Of a stretch of 32,000 nt of DNA, positions 7,685 to 16,040 are shown one piece after another; position 1 is the first letter of the stretch; every line of letters begins with the position of its first letter. The DNA comes from Euzebya rosea (GTDB lineage Bacteria > Actinomycetota > Nitriliruptoria > Euzebyales > Euzebyaceae). Both the position numbers and the translations under genes were made by a program. Under the pieces are notes generated by a model. The model saw only the letters and a program-made list of their open reading frames with translations, searched no databases and was not told the origin of the DNA. The stretch lies in NCBI RefSeq assembly GCF_003073135.1, contig NZ_PGDQ01000004.1:18363-50362 (forward strand), in the 5' to 3' direction.

Positions 7685-8497
7685 ATGCTGCCACCCTTCG
7701 TCGAGCCGGCGGCGGACTCGGTCGACGGGTTCGTCTGGATCGATGCTGCGCGCACGGTCGGGCTGCCCCAGGTGCTCGCCGACCCCCTTCGTCCCGCGGG
7801 GGCGCTGCTGCGTCAGCACCTGGATGCGCTCGACCAGATGCTCATCACGGTGATGGGCGAGCTCGGTGTCCTCCTCGGCGGTTCGGCCGGGGCGCTCGAT
7901 CCGGCACAGAGCGATCGGCTGGACCGTCTGGAGGCCGCTATCGACCGGTTGGTCGGCGAGTACCGGGCTGGCCTCCTCACGGTCGGGGTGGTCGCCGACG
8001 TCCGTGGCGGCCAGATCTGCGGCACCGCCACCATCATCGGCCATCGCATCCGCGTGGTGCGAGGACGTGTGCCCTCCGCGCCCCTGTCCGGGCAGGTGGA
8101 TGAGCCGGGCCTGGGCGTGGTGGCGGGCCTCGCCGAGATGTCCGATCCCGTGGCGGGTGCCCCCTGGTCGGGCCGACGGTGGATCGTGCGCACCCAGGAC
8201 GGTCGTCGGCTTCCGGCGACGCTGGGGATGCTCCTGGGCGATTCGTCGGGGGTGGACCGCAAGGCGACGCTCGATGCCCACCGCGAGGCGCTGAAGGACA
8301 TCACGGGTGTGGCGGGCGACGACCCGCGCGCCGCCGGGGCGCTGGAGCACCTCCTGCTGGACTGGCTGATGGCGCACCGCGAGGACCAGACCTCCATCGC
8401 CGTGGAGATCGCCAAGGGACGGATCGACGACGCGGCGATGATCGTGGACGCGGCCACGACGGCCGGATCGTTGCGGACGCTGGCGACCGGGCACTGA
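7685..8497 (+). CDS. Hypothetical protein (270 aa), no family recognised
   Basis: This is a long ATG-initiated ORF with the strong third-position GC bias of the coding genes here. It is divergent from rpe across 117 bp. The opposite-strand ORF 7813..8457 is Ser/Arg/Pro-rich and looks like a shadow. No motif identified by eye. Confidence 0.6.
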   Translation: MLPPFVEPAADSVDGFVWIDAARTVGLPQVLADPLRPAGALLRQHLDALDQMLITVMGELGVLLGGSAGALDPAQSDRLDRLEAAIDRLVGEYRAGLLTVGVVADVRGGQICGTATIIGHRIRVVRGRVPSAPLSGQVDEPGLGVVAGLAEMSDPVAGAPWSGRRWIVRTQDGRRLPATLGMLLGDSSGVDRKATLDAHREALKDITGVAGDDPRAAGALEHLLLDWLMAHREDQTSIAVEIAKGRIDDAAMIVDAATTAGSLRTLATGH

Positions 8498-8525
8498 CGC
8501 AGGGTCTGCGGCGCCCACCGCGGCT

Positions 8526-9584
8526 CTAGCGGCGGAAGGTCGCCGAGGGGGGTTCACCGAACCGCTGGCGGTAGGCCGTGGCGAAGCGTCCCGCGTTGCT
8601 GAACCCCCAGTCGCTGGCCACCATCGCGATGGTGACCCCGTCGCCAGGTCCGTAGCGCAGAAGGTCCTCGCGGGCGGCCTCGAGTCGTCGGTCCCTGACG
8701 TAGTTCATCGGTGTGGTGTCCAGCAGATCCCTGAAGGTGCTCTGGACCGCCCGTACCGAGACGCCTGCGGCACGGGCGATGTCTGCCATGGAGATCGGTT
8801 CGTCGAGGTGTGCCTCGATGTGGTCGACGGCGCGCCGCGCCACGCGGTTGCGGCGGACCCCCGGCATGCGCAGCAGCTCGACGGTGCAGCTCGACTGGTG
8901 GGTCACCAGGATCGTGGTCAGCACCAGTGACTCGAGCGGCTGCGCCTCGACCGGCACCTCGGCCCCCGGTTCCAGGAGCGCGATCTCACCGTGCAACAAC
9001 GCCAGCGCCGACTGCCAGCGCTCTGCGGACAGCTCGGTCAGGTTCATCTTCTCGTCGAAGACCACCTCGTCGACGAAGGTCCGCCCCAGCAACGCGTCGA
9101 GGCCCCGCCGCAGGCCGTGCACCTCCAGGGACAGGATCATCAGCGGCCCTGCCCCGTCGGACTCGACCCGCACGGGCCGACGACGGGCGGGGAACCCGGC
9201 GGTCGTCGAGTCCAGCCAGGTCGAGGTGGTCCCGCTGCGGACCAGGACCGTCCCGTCGGTGGGCACGATGACCAGCTGGGCATCCTTGGGCAGCCGAGTC
9301 GCACGCAGGACCCAGGGCCGGTCGACCTCGAGGTAGGCCACCTTCACCCAGGTCATCTCCGCGAGGTACAGGCCCGCGCTGTGGCCCGGCACATCGGTCG
9401 CGGCATCGAAGCGACACCCCCCGAACAGGGTGGCGAGCGAGTGCCCAAGGGCGGCTGGGTCATCGCCGTGGTCGGCGACGAGGTAGCGGACGAACCCGTT
9501 CGGCAGGCCACGCCGCGGGGCCAGGGGGCGAACGGGGTGTGCCGTCTTCGCGATCTTGATCTTCTGCAGGTGTTGGAAGCCCAT
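8526..9584 (-). CDS. AraC/XylS family transcriptional regulator
   Basis: A C-terminal double HTH reads ISMADIARAAGVSVRAVQSTFRDLLDTTPMNYVRDRRLEAARE...IAMVASDWGFSNAGRFATAYRQRFGEPPS. The long N-terminal effector-type domain is consistent with the family. It is divergent from the hydrogenase cluster. Confidence 0.85.
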   Translation of the reverse strand: MGFQHLQKIKIAKTAHPVRPLAPRRGLPNGFVRYLVADHGDDPAALGHSLATLFGGCRFDAATDVPGHSAGLYLAEMTWVKVAYLEVDRPWVLRATRLPKDAQLVIVPTDGTVLVRSGTTSTWLDSTTAGFPARRRPVRVESDGAGPLMILSLEVHGLRRGLDALLGRTFVDEVVFDEKMNLTELSAERWQSALALLHGEIALLEPGAEVPVEAQPLESLVLTTILVTHQSSCTVELLRMPGVRRNRVARRAVDHIEAHLDEPISMADIARAAGVSVRAVQSTFRDLLDTTPMNYVRDRRLEAAREDLLRYGPGDGVTIAMVASDWGFSNAGRFATAYRQRFGEPPSATFRR

Positions 9585-9596
9585 TGCGCTAATCGT

Positions 9597-9640
9597 CCCA
9601 ACTGTACGTCAAACGTCTTTTCAAGCTTACCCAACTGAAC
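9597..9640. promoter_or_regulatory. Two direct 11-bp repeats CCCAACTG(T/A)AC, 33 bp apart, in the AraC/hydrogenase divergent intergenic region (candidate operator)
   Basis: cccaactgtac lies at 9597-9607 and cccaactgaac at 9630-9640. Both sit inside the only markedly AT-richer stretch (9585-9660) between the divergent start codons. Confidence 0.3.
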
Positions 9641-9695
9641 TAGTTTGCGACTACAGACGGGCCAGCCAGCGTGGTTGGTCCAACGGAAGGAGGGC

Positions 9696-10223
9696 GTGGT
9701 GAGCACTGAGTCTTCGTTGGTGCGCTCGGATTCGTCAGAGCGGCAGCCGATAGATGCGTTGACCGACCGGCTCAACGATCCTGCGGTCGCCGCATCGTTG
9801 GGGTTGCTGCTGGACAACGTCGAGGCGTTGGCGGTCCTGGCCATGGGCGCGCAGGGCCTGCTCAACCGCGGCGACACGCTGGCCGACTCGTTGGCAGACG
9901 GCGTGCACATGCTCCGCGATGCATCCGCGGGCGCCGGCGTGGACATCGACGAGGCCAGGCAAGCCATGGCCTTCGGTCGACACGTCATGGGCCACGCGGG
10001 GGACATCGAGCACCTGCTCGAGTCGCGCATGCTCCGCCCGCAGGTGGTCGAGGTGCTGTCGATGGCCGCCGAGGCGCTGGTCGAAGGTCGTGCCGCCGCA
10101 CGGGACGGCGAGCCGGAGATCACGGGCATCAGGTCGGCGTTGCGCGTGCTGAAGGATCCCGACGTCGCGAGGGGACTCGACTTCCTCATCAATGTCGCCC
10201 GCGCGCTGTCGACGCGCCTGTAG
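9696..10223 (+). CDS. DUF1641-like helical protein, first gene of the hydrogenase cluster
   Basis: The C-terminus ITGIRSALRVLKDPDVARGLDFLINVARAL matches my recollection of the DUF1641 signature (LRALRDPDVQRGLGFL-like). GTG at 9696 or 9699 directly follows GGAAGGAGGG. The ATG at 9645 lacks an RBS. Confidence 0.65.
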   Translation: MVSTESSLVRSDSSERQPIDALTDRLNDPAVAASLGLLLDNVEALAVLAMGAQGLLNRGDTLADSLADGVHMLRDASAGAGVDIDEARQAMAFGRHVMGHAGDIEHLLESRMLRPQVVEVLSMAAEALVEGRAAARDGEPEITGIRSALRVLKDPDVARGLDFLINVARALSTRL

Positions 10224-10245
10224 CCGCAGGACGGCGTAGACGACC

Positions 10246-10614
10246 ATGCACGAACTCTCCATCGCCAGCGCCGTCGCGCGAGAGGTGACCGACCAGCTCG
10301 GTGACCAGACCGCGCAGGTCCGCACGGTCCGCCTCGACGTGGGCCGGCTGTCGGGGATCGTCACCGACGCGCTCGCCTACGGCTGGACCTTCGTCCGCCA
10401 GGACACCCCGCTGGCCGACGCCGATCTGGAGATCACGTCGGTCGATGTGACGATCCGCTGCCAGCCCTGCGGTAACGTCGCCCGGGCGGTCGGTTTCGAG
10501 GGATTCGTCTGCGTCGAGTGCGGCACCCCCAGCGCCGACTTCCTCAGCGGCACCGATCTGATGATCCGCGGTGTCGTGCTGACCGACAGCGTTCCCGCCG
10601 GGGCTACGCTATGA
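10246..10614 (+). CDS. hypA: Hydrogenase nickel incorporation protein HypA
   Basis: N-terminal MHELSIA and a zinc site CQPCG...CVECG. The size is ~120 aa. Confidence 0.9.
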   Translation: MHELSIASAVAREVTDQLGDQTAQVRTVRLDVGRLSGIVTDALAYGWTFVRQDTPLADADLEITSVDVTIRCQPCGNVARAVGFEGFVCVECGTPSADFLSGTDLMIRGVVLTDSVPAGATL

Positions 10615-11315
10615 GCGCCCGGGCCGATGTCGACGCCCGCGAGGTGGCCCTCGAGCGGAAGGTTCTGGCCGCCAACGACGACGTAGCGATGCGGCTCCGG
10701 CAGCGCTTTGTCGCGGCGAGAACCGTGGCGATCAACATCCTCAGCTCCCCCGGCAGCGGGAAGACCACCCTCCTCACCGCGCTGCTCCGCGAGCTGGGCA
10801 CGGTCGGCCTTGGTGCAGCTGCGCTGGTCGGTGATTGCGCGACCGACAACGACGCACGGCGGCTGGCCGCCAGCGGCGCTCCCGTGCTGCAGATCGTGAC
10901 AGAGGGGATGTGCCACCTGGAGGCGGACATGATCGACGCCCACCTCGATCGTCTCGCGGTCGAGCAGGGTGCGCCGCTGGACGACCTGGACGTGCTGCTG
11001 CTGGAGAACGTCGGCAACCTCGTCTGCCCGGCTGGCTTCGACCTCGGCGAGACCGAGCGCTGGGTGCTGCTCAGCGTCAGCGAGGGCGAGGACAAGCCGC
11101 TGAAGTACCCGGCGGCCTTCGCCGGGGCCGATGTGGTCGTGATCAGCAAGATCGACCTCGCCGAGCCGTGCCGGTTCGACCGCGCGGCCGCTCACGACGC
11201 CATCCGACGGGTCGCACCGAGGGCGACCGTCATCGAGACCTCCTCCTTCACAGGTGAGGGACTGCAAGACCTGCTGCGGCGAGCCGCCGCTGCGACGCGA
11301 CAAGAAGGGAGCTGA
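10611..11315 (+). CDS. hypB: Hydrogenase nickel incorporation GTPase HypB
   Basis: P-loop SSPGSGKTTLL, the ENVGNLVCPA motif and SKIDL. ATG at 10611 overlaps the hypA stop (ATGA). No His-rich N-terminus. Confidence 0.92.
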   Translation: MSARADVDAREVALERKVLAANDDVAMRLRQRFVAARTVAINILSSPGSGKTTLLTALLRELGTVGLGAAALVGDCATDNDARRLAASGAPVLQIVTEGMCHLEADMIDAHLDRLAVEQGAPLDDLDVLLLENVGNLVCPAGFDLGETERWVLLSVSEGEDKPLKYPAAFAGADVVVISKIDLAEPCRFDRAAAHDAIRRVAPRATVIETSSFTGEGLQDLLRRAAAATRQEGS

Positions 11316-11317
11316 CC

Positions 11318-12289
11318 GTGGCATCCGTCCTCTGGTTCCAAGGAGGGGCGTGCAGCGGCAACACGATGTCGTTCCTCAACGCTGAGGAGCCGTCTGTTGT
11401 CGATCTGATCGTCGACTTCGGGCTTGACCTCATCTGGCATCCGTCGCTGGGCATGGAGCTCGGCGACCAAGCCAAGAAGATCTTCGCCGACTGCGCCAGC
11501 GGTGCGCGGGACATGGACATCTTCGTCTTCGAGGGCACCGTCATCGAGGGGCCGAACGGCACCGGCATGATGCAGACGTTCGCCGACCGTCCCATGAAGG
11601 ACTGGGTCGACGAGCTGGCCGCCGCGGCGTCGATCGTCGTCGCGATCGGTGACTGCGCCTGCTGGGGTGGCATCCCGGCGACCGACCCCAACCCGACCGA
11701 CTCCACCGGCCTGCAGTTCCACAAGCGGGCCAAGGGCGGCTACCTGGGCGGCGACTTCGTCTCCAAGGCGGGCCTGCCGGTGATCAACATCCCGGGCTGC
11801 CCGGCACACCCGGACTGGATCACGCAGATCCTGGTCGCCCTGGCCACCGGTCGCGCCGGCGACCTCTCGCTGGACGAGCTGCATCGTCCTGAGACGTTCT
11901 TCAAGACCTTCACCCAGACCGGCTGCACCCGGGTGCAGTTCTTCGAGTACAAGCAGGACACGGCCTCGTTCGGCGAGGGCACCCGGACAGGCTGCCTGTT
12001 CTACGAGTTCGGGTGCCGCGGGCCGATGACGCACTCACCCTGCAACCGGATCCTGTGGAACCGGCAATCCTCCAAGACCCGTGCGGGCATGCCCTGCATC
12101 GGCTGTACGGAGCCGGAGTTCCCGCACTTCGACCTCGCGCCTGGGACGGTGTTCAAGACGCAGAAGATCAGCGGCGTCGTCCCGCGCGAGGTGCCGGAGG
12201 GGACCGATCACCTGACCTACATGGCCCACGCAGCTGCAGCGCGGATCGCCGCGCCGCAGTGGTCCAAGGAAGACATGTTCGTCGTCTGA
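11318..12289 (+). CDS. hucS: [NiFe]-hydrogenase small subunit, no TAT signal (Huc/group 2a-like)
   Basis: The protein starts directly with the conserved core, (M)ASVLWFQGGACSGNTMSFLNAEEP, so it has no twin-arginine leader. Fe-S ligand regions are GDCACWGG, PGCPAHPDW, GCRGP and CIGCTEP. GTG at 11318 follows AAGAAGGGAG. Confidence 0.92.
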   Translation: MASVLWFQGGACSGNTMSFLNAEEPSVVDLIVDFGLDLIWHPSLGMELGDQAKKIFADCASGARDMDIFVFEGTVIEGPNGTGMMQTFADRPMKDWVDELAAAASIVVAIGDCACWGGIPATDPNPTDSTGLQFHKRAKGGYLGGDFVSKAGLPVINIPGCPAHPDWITQILVALATGRAGDLSLDELHRPETFFKTFTQTGCTRVQFFEYKQDTASFGEGTRTGCLFYEFGCRGPMTHSPCNRILWNRQSSKTRAGMPCIGCTEPEFPHFDLAPGTVFKTQKISGVVPREVPEGTDHLTYMAHAAAARIAAPQWSKEDMFVV

Positions 12290-12314
12290 GGACGGACCGG
12301 AAGGAACCAAGAGC

Positions 12315-13922
12315 ATGAGCACGCTAGATCTGCACGTCAGCCCGCTGGGCCGCGTCGAGGGCGACCTGGACGTCCGCGTCACCATCGAGGACGGCCACGT
12401 CACCTCGGCGTGGACCGAGGCCGCGATGTTCCGTGGCTTCGAGATCATCCTGCGCGGCAAGGACCCGCAGGCCGGCCTGGTCGTCACACCCCGCATCTGC
12501 GGGATCTGCGGTGGCAGTCACCTGTACAAGTCCTGCTACGCGCTGGACACCGCCTGGGCGACCCACGTCCCCCCGAACGCCACGCGGGTGCGCAACATCG
12601 CTCAGGCATGCGAGACGCTGCAGTCTATCCCGCGCTACTTCTACGCGCTGTTCGCGATCGACCTGGTGAACAAGAACTACGCCAAGTCCTCGCTGTACGA
12701 CGAGGCCGTCAGGCGCTTCGCACCCTACGTCGGCACGGCCTACCAGAAGGGCGTGACGCTCTCGAACAAGCCGGTGGAGGTCTACGCGATCTTCGGCGGC
12801 CAGTGGCCGCACAGCTCGTTCATGATTCCCGGCGGGGTCATGTGCGCGCCGAACCTGGCCGACGTCACGCGCTCCATCGCGATCCTGGAGCACTGGAAGG
12901 ACAACTGGTTGGAGGCCGAGTGGCTCGGCTGCTCCATCGACCGGTGGCTGGAGAACAAGACGTGGAACGACGTCCTGGCATGGCTGGAGGAGTCTGAGGC
13001 GCACTACAACTCCGACTGCGGCTTCTTCATCCGCTTCTGCATGGACGTCGGCCTGGACACCTACGGACAGGGCTGCGGCAACTACATCGCGACCGGCACC
13101 TACTTCCAGCCCGAGCTGTACACCACCCCGACCATCGACGCTCGCAACGATGCGCTGATCAACCGATCGGGGGTCTACGCCGGCGGCGAGTTCCACACCT
13201 TCGACCATCTTCGCGTCGGTGAGGACGTCACCCACAGCTTCTTCCAGGGCAGCGGCGTGCTGCACCCCTGGGAGGGGCAGACGATCCCGCTCGACCCGGT
13301 CGAGGCCAGGAAGCAGGGCAAGTACTCGTGGGCGAAGTCGCCCCGGTACAACGTCGAGGGCAAGGGCTACATCCCGCTGGAGGCGGGCCCGCTGGCCCGA
13401 CGGATGGCGGCGGCCGCACCCGGCGCGGGAGCGCACCAGGACGACGACCCGCTGTTCCTGGATATCATGAACACGATCGGGCCGTCGGTCATGACCCGGC
13501 AGCTCGCACGGATGCACGAGGGCCCGAAGTACTACAAGTGGACCCGGCAGTGGCTGGACGAGCTGGAGCTCGGCGAATCCTTCTACACCAAGCCGGTGGA
13601 GCACGCCGAGGGGCGCGGCTTCGGTTCGACCGAGGCAGCGCGCGGTGCGCTGTCGGACTGGATCGTGATCGAGGACAACAAGATCGCGAACTACCAGGTC
13701 GTCACCCCGACCGCCTGGAACATCGGCCCACGCGACGGAGAGGCCACGCTCGGCCCCATCGAGCAGGCCCTCGTCGGCGCACCGATCGTCGACCAGGACG
13801 ACCCGGTGGAGCTCGGGCACGTCGCCCGGAGCTTCGACAGCTGCCTGGTCTGCACGGTGCACGCCTACGACGGCAAGACGGGCAAGGAGCTGTCCCGCTT
13901 CGTCATCAACGGCAACGGCTGA
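12315..13922 (+). CDS. hucL: [NiFe]-hydrogenase large subunit (535 aa; Huc/group 2a-like)
   Basis: The L1 motif is RICGICGGSH (Cys62/Cys65). The L2 motif is SFDSCLVCTVH, followed by a 19-aa C-terminal extension (AYDGKTGKELSRFVINGNG), the substrate for the downstream endopeptidase. The size is smaller than my recollection (about 600 aa) of group 1h enzymes. Confidence 0.95.
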   Translation: MSTLDLHVSPLGRVEGDLDVRVTIEDGHVTSAWTEAAMFRGFEIILRGKDPQAGLVVTPRICGICGGSHLYKSCYALDTAWATHVPPNATRVRNIAQACETLQSIPRYFYALFAIDLVNKNYAKSSLYDEAVRRFAPYVGTAYQKGVTLSNKPVEVYAIFGGQWPHSSFMIPGGVMCAPNLADVTRSIAILEHWKDNWLEAEWLGCSIDRWLENKTWNDVLAWLEESEAHYNSDCGFFIRFCMDVGLDTYGQGCGNYIATGTYFQPELYTTPTIDARNDALINRSGVYAGGEFHTFDHLRVGEDVTHSFFQGSGVLHPWEGQTIPLDPVEARKQGKYSWAKSPRYNVEGKGYIPLEAGPLARRMAAAAPGAGAHQDDDPLFLDIMNTIGPSVMTRQLARMHEGPKYYKWTRQWLDELELGESFYTKPVEHAEGRGFGSTEAARGALSDWIVIEDNKIANYQVVTPTAWNIGPRDGEATLGPIEQALVGAPIVDQDDPVELGHVARSFDSCLVCTVHAYDGKTGKELSRFVINGNG

Positions 13923-13933
13923 GGACGAGGATC

Positions 13934-14479
13934 CTGGCCCCCCACCCGCCGCCGCAGTCGACGACCGACACCTTGGTCGTCGGCTGCGGCAACCTGCTTC
14001 GAGGTGACGACGGCGTCGGCCCGATCGTGATCCGCGAGCTGTGGGAGGGGCTCGGCGGACTCGCGATCACCCCCGGAGGCGTGGAGCTGGTCGACGGAGG
14101 GACCGCTGGGATGGACGTCGCCTTCAAGATGCGCGGCGTCCGTCGGGTGATCGTGATCGACGCCGCGGCGACCGGTGCCGAACCCGGCACCGTCTTCGAG
14201 GTTCCCGGCCAGGCGCTGGAGGACCTGCCGCCGCTTGAGGGGCTCCACACCCACCTGTTCAGGTGGGATCACGCACTGGCGTTCGCGCGCTGGCTGCTGA
14301 AGGACGAGTATCCGACGGATATCACCGTCCTTCTGGTGGAGGCCGTCTCGGTGGGGCTGGGGGATCCGCTGTCGGAGCCCGCACGACGCGGCCTGGACAT
14401 CGTCAAGCAGCGGATCATCGACGACGTGCTGGGCAGCGATTGGTCCCAGCCCGACCCCGCCGTGCTGCCGTGTCGGTGA
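13934..14479 (+). CDS. hupD: Hydrogenase maturation endopeptidase (HupD/HybD/HupW family); start codon uncertain
   Basis: The translation has LVVGCGNLLRGDDGVGP, VIVIDAA and GLHTH. There is no in-frame ATG or GTG between the hucL stop and the conserved N-terminus. Candidate starts are CTG 13934 (just after GAGGACGAGG) or TTG 13973. Confidence 0.8.
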   Translation: MAPHPPPQSTTDTLVVGCGNLLRGDDGVGPIVIRELWEGLGGLAITPGGVELVDGGTAGMDVAFKMRGVRRVIVIDAAATGAEPGTVFEVPGQALEDLPPLEGLHTHLFRWDHALAFARWLLKDEYPTDITVLLVEAVSVGLGDPLSEPARRGLDIVKQRIIDDVLGSDWSQPDPAVLPCR

Positions 14480-14715
14480 TGGCGACCGCGGAACCGGCCG
14501 ACCTGGCCACGGCGTCGGTCGAGCGGGAGGACGGCCAGTGGGTCGTGTACCTGACGGTGCTGTTCCCCGACGGCGTGGTGCGGCGTCGCATCGGCCAGCA
14601 CCGCACCGAGCACCTCGCCCGGATCGCGGCCACATGGATCGAACGCGCATCCAACCGGGACGTGTTGACCCCGGGCAACCAGCGGCCCCCGACGGAGGGA
14701 CCAGCAACGACATGA
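14479..14715 (+). CDS. Small hypothetical protein (78 aa) in the hydrogenase cluster
   Basis: The ATG overlaps the endopeptidase stop by 1 nt (TGATG), and its own stop overlaps the next ATG (ATGA). The frame is consistent with local codon bias. No family recognised. Confidence 0.5.
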   Translation: MATAEPADLATASVEREDGQWVVYLTVLFPDGVVRRRIGQHRTEHLARIAATWIERASNRDVLTPGNQRPPTEGPATT

Positions 14716-16040
14716 GCACGATGACGACCTCGACCAGCAGCACGATCGCACGACCGCAGCCCCTGGGTGTGCTCCCGCTGCCCGCCGGCTACCTGGTCCT
14801 GCCGGATCTCGACCCCGCGCATCACGAGGTCCTGGCCGGACTGTGCCGTGGACAGATCCCCACCAGCTGGCCGCCGGCCCTCGAGACCCTGCGCCTGGCG
14901 CTCTCCGGTGATCTCGCGGCGGCAGCGGCCAGCCTCGACGGGGATGACTCACCCGTTGGGACGGTCAACCGACTGGTCCTGACGGGAGACCCGAACCTGC
15001 TGTCGCGGCTGGCGGGGCTGGACGGGGACCTGGCAGCCCACGTCCGGTTGGTCGCCTTCTCGCTGGGGCTGTCCGACGAGGTGCCGGATCCCTCCGGCCT
15101 CGACGGTGTCGTGGCCGCGTTGGCGCACGCGGCGGTGGCCGCCGCAGCGACCGCGGCCCACGAGCACGGTCACGCGGTCCTTGCGCTGGAGTCGGCCGTT
15201 GAGGCCGCGCGGCCCGAGAGCGAGGCGCTGACCGGCCAGTTGCTCGGTGCGCTGGCCGGCGCAATGCAGGACGCAGGTGCCGCGGCTGGCCGCGTCCTGC
15301 AGCGCTACGAGGAGGGACTGCGGCTGCTGGAGGCCAGCGACCTCCGTCTGGCGCAGGCCGAGCTGCACCTCGCCGCGGGGATGGTGGTGCAGGAGCTGGC
15401 GGGCGAGAACCGGGACGCCCTGGGCGCCGCGGTCAGGCACTACCAGGGTGCGCTCCGCCTCGCCGATCCGAGGGTCGCGCCGGAGCTGTTCGCCCAAGCC
15501 CACACCAACCTCGCGACGGCCTACCTGACGATGCCGATGCTCGAGGCCAGCGATCAGCTGCGGGTCGGCATCGCGGTCCGGTCGCTGCGCAAGGCACTGG
15601 AGATCCTCGACCCGGAGCGCCACTCGGCGCAGGTCGCGTCGGTGCGGCTGAACCTGGCCAACGCGCTGGTGTACCTGCCGTCGCAGGTCCAAGGGGACAA
15701 CCTGGTGGAGGCCGTGGAGTTGTACGAGGAGGTTCTGGCCGAACGCGACGCCGACGCCGACCCTGCGGCCTACGCCAGGGCGGCAGCGAACCAGGGCAAC
15801 GCGCTGGCTCACCTGGGCATGTTCGATCAGGCGACCGCGCGCCTGCACGAGGCCCGGGTCATCTTCGACCAGATCGGCGACTACGACGGGGTGGCCACCG
15901 TCCGCGAGGTGCTGGGGGAGATCGCCCGCCAGGTCGCGCGGGATGGGAAGCGTGCCGGATACATCGGTGCGCTGCCGCCAAAGCCCGAGGCCGGCGCGTC
16001 GGCGAGCCGTTACCCGACCGAGGAGATCCCGCAGCCGTGA
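14712..16040 (+). CDS. TPR-like repeat protein (442 aa)
   Basis: The C-terminal half has repeated Ala/Leu-rich helical-pair units, for example AVRHYQGALRLADP...AQAHTNLATAY, IAVRSLRKALEIL...RLNLANALVYL and EAVELYEEVL...AANQGNALAHLGMFDQA. ATG at 14712 is coupled to the upstream stop. Confidence 0.7.
   Translation: MSTMTTSTSSTIARPQPLGVLPLPAGYLVLPDLDPAHHEVLAGLCRGQIPTSWPPALETLRLALSGDLAAAAASLDGDDSPVGTVNRLVLTGDPNLLSRLAGLDGDLAAHVRLVAFSLGLSDEVPDPSGLDGVVAALAHAAVAAAATAAHEHGHAVLALESAVEAARPESEALTGQLLGALAGAMQDAGAAAGRVLQRYEEGLRLLEASDLRLAQAELHLAAGMVVQELAGENRDALGAAVRHYQGALRLADPRVAPELFAQAHTNLATAYLTMPMLEASDQLRVGIAVRSLRKALEILDPERHSAQVASVRLNLANALVYLPSQVQGDNLVEAVELYEEVLAERDADADPAAYARAAANQGNALAHLGMFDQATARLHEARVIFDQIGDYDGVATVREVLGEIARQVARDGKRAGYIGALPPKPEAGASASRYPTEEIPQP

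Noticed and set aside
11318-11400. Possible TAT signal, implying a periplasmic group 1 hydrogenase
   Set aside because: The small subunit begins directly at the conserved LWFQGGACSGN core. No RRxFxK leader is present, and no in-frame upstream extension exists because hypB ends at 11315.
12324-13862. 512-aa ORF antisense to the hydrogenase large subunit. Similar long antisense ORFs lie at 10377..11324, 14949..15848, 16463..17704, 18072..18980, 20677..22026 and 25955..26956.
   Set aside because: Each overlaps a gene with unmistakable family motifs on the other strand, and each has shadow-ORF composition (Arg/Pro/Gly/Asp-rich with no motifs).
12315-13922. Assignment to group 1h/5 (Hhy-type) high-affinity hydrogenase
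   Set aside because: As I recall, the large subunit (535 aa) is shorter than 1h enzymes. The small-subunit N-terminus matches my recollection of cyanobacterial/Huc-type (2a) sequences. This is tentative and needs phylogeny.
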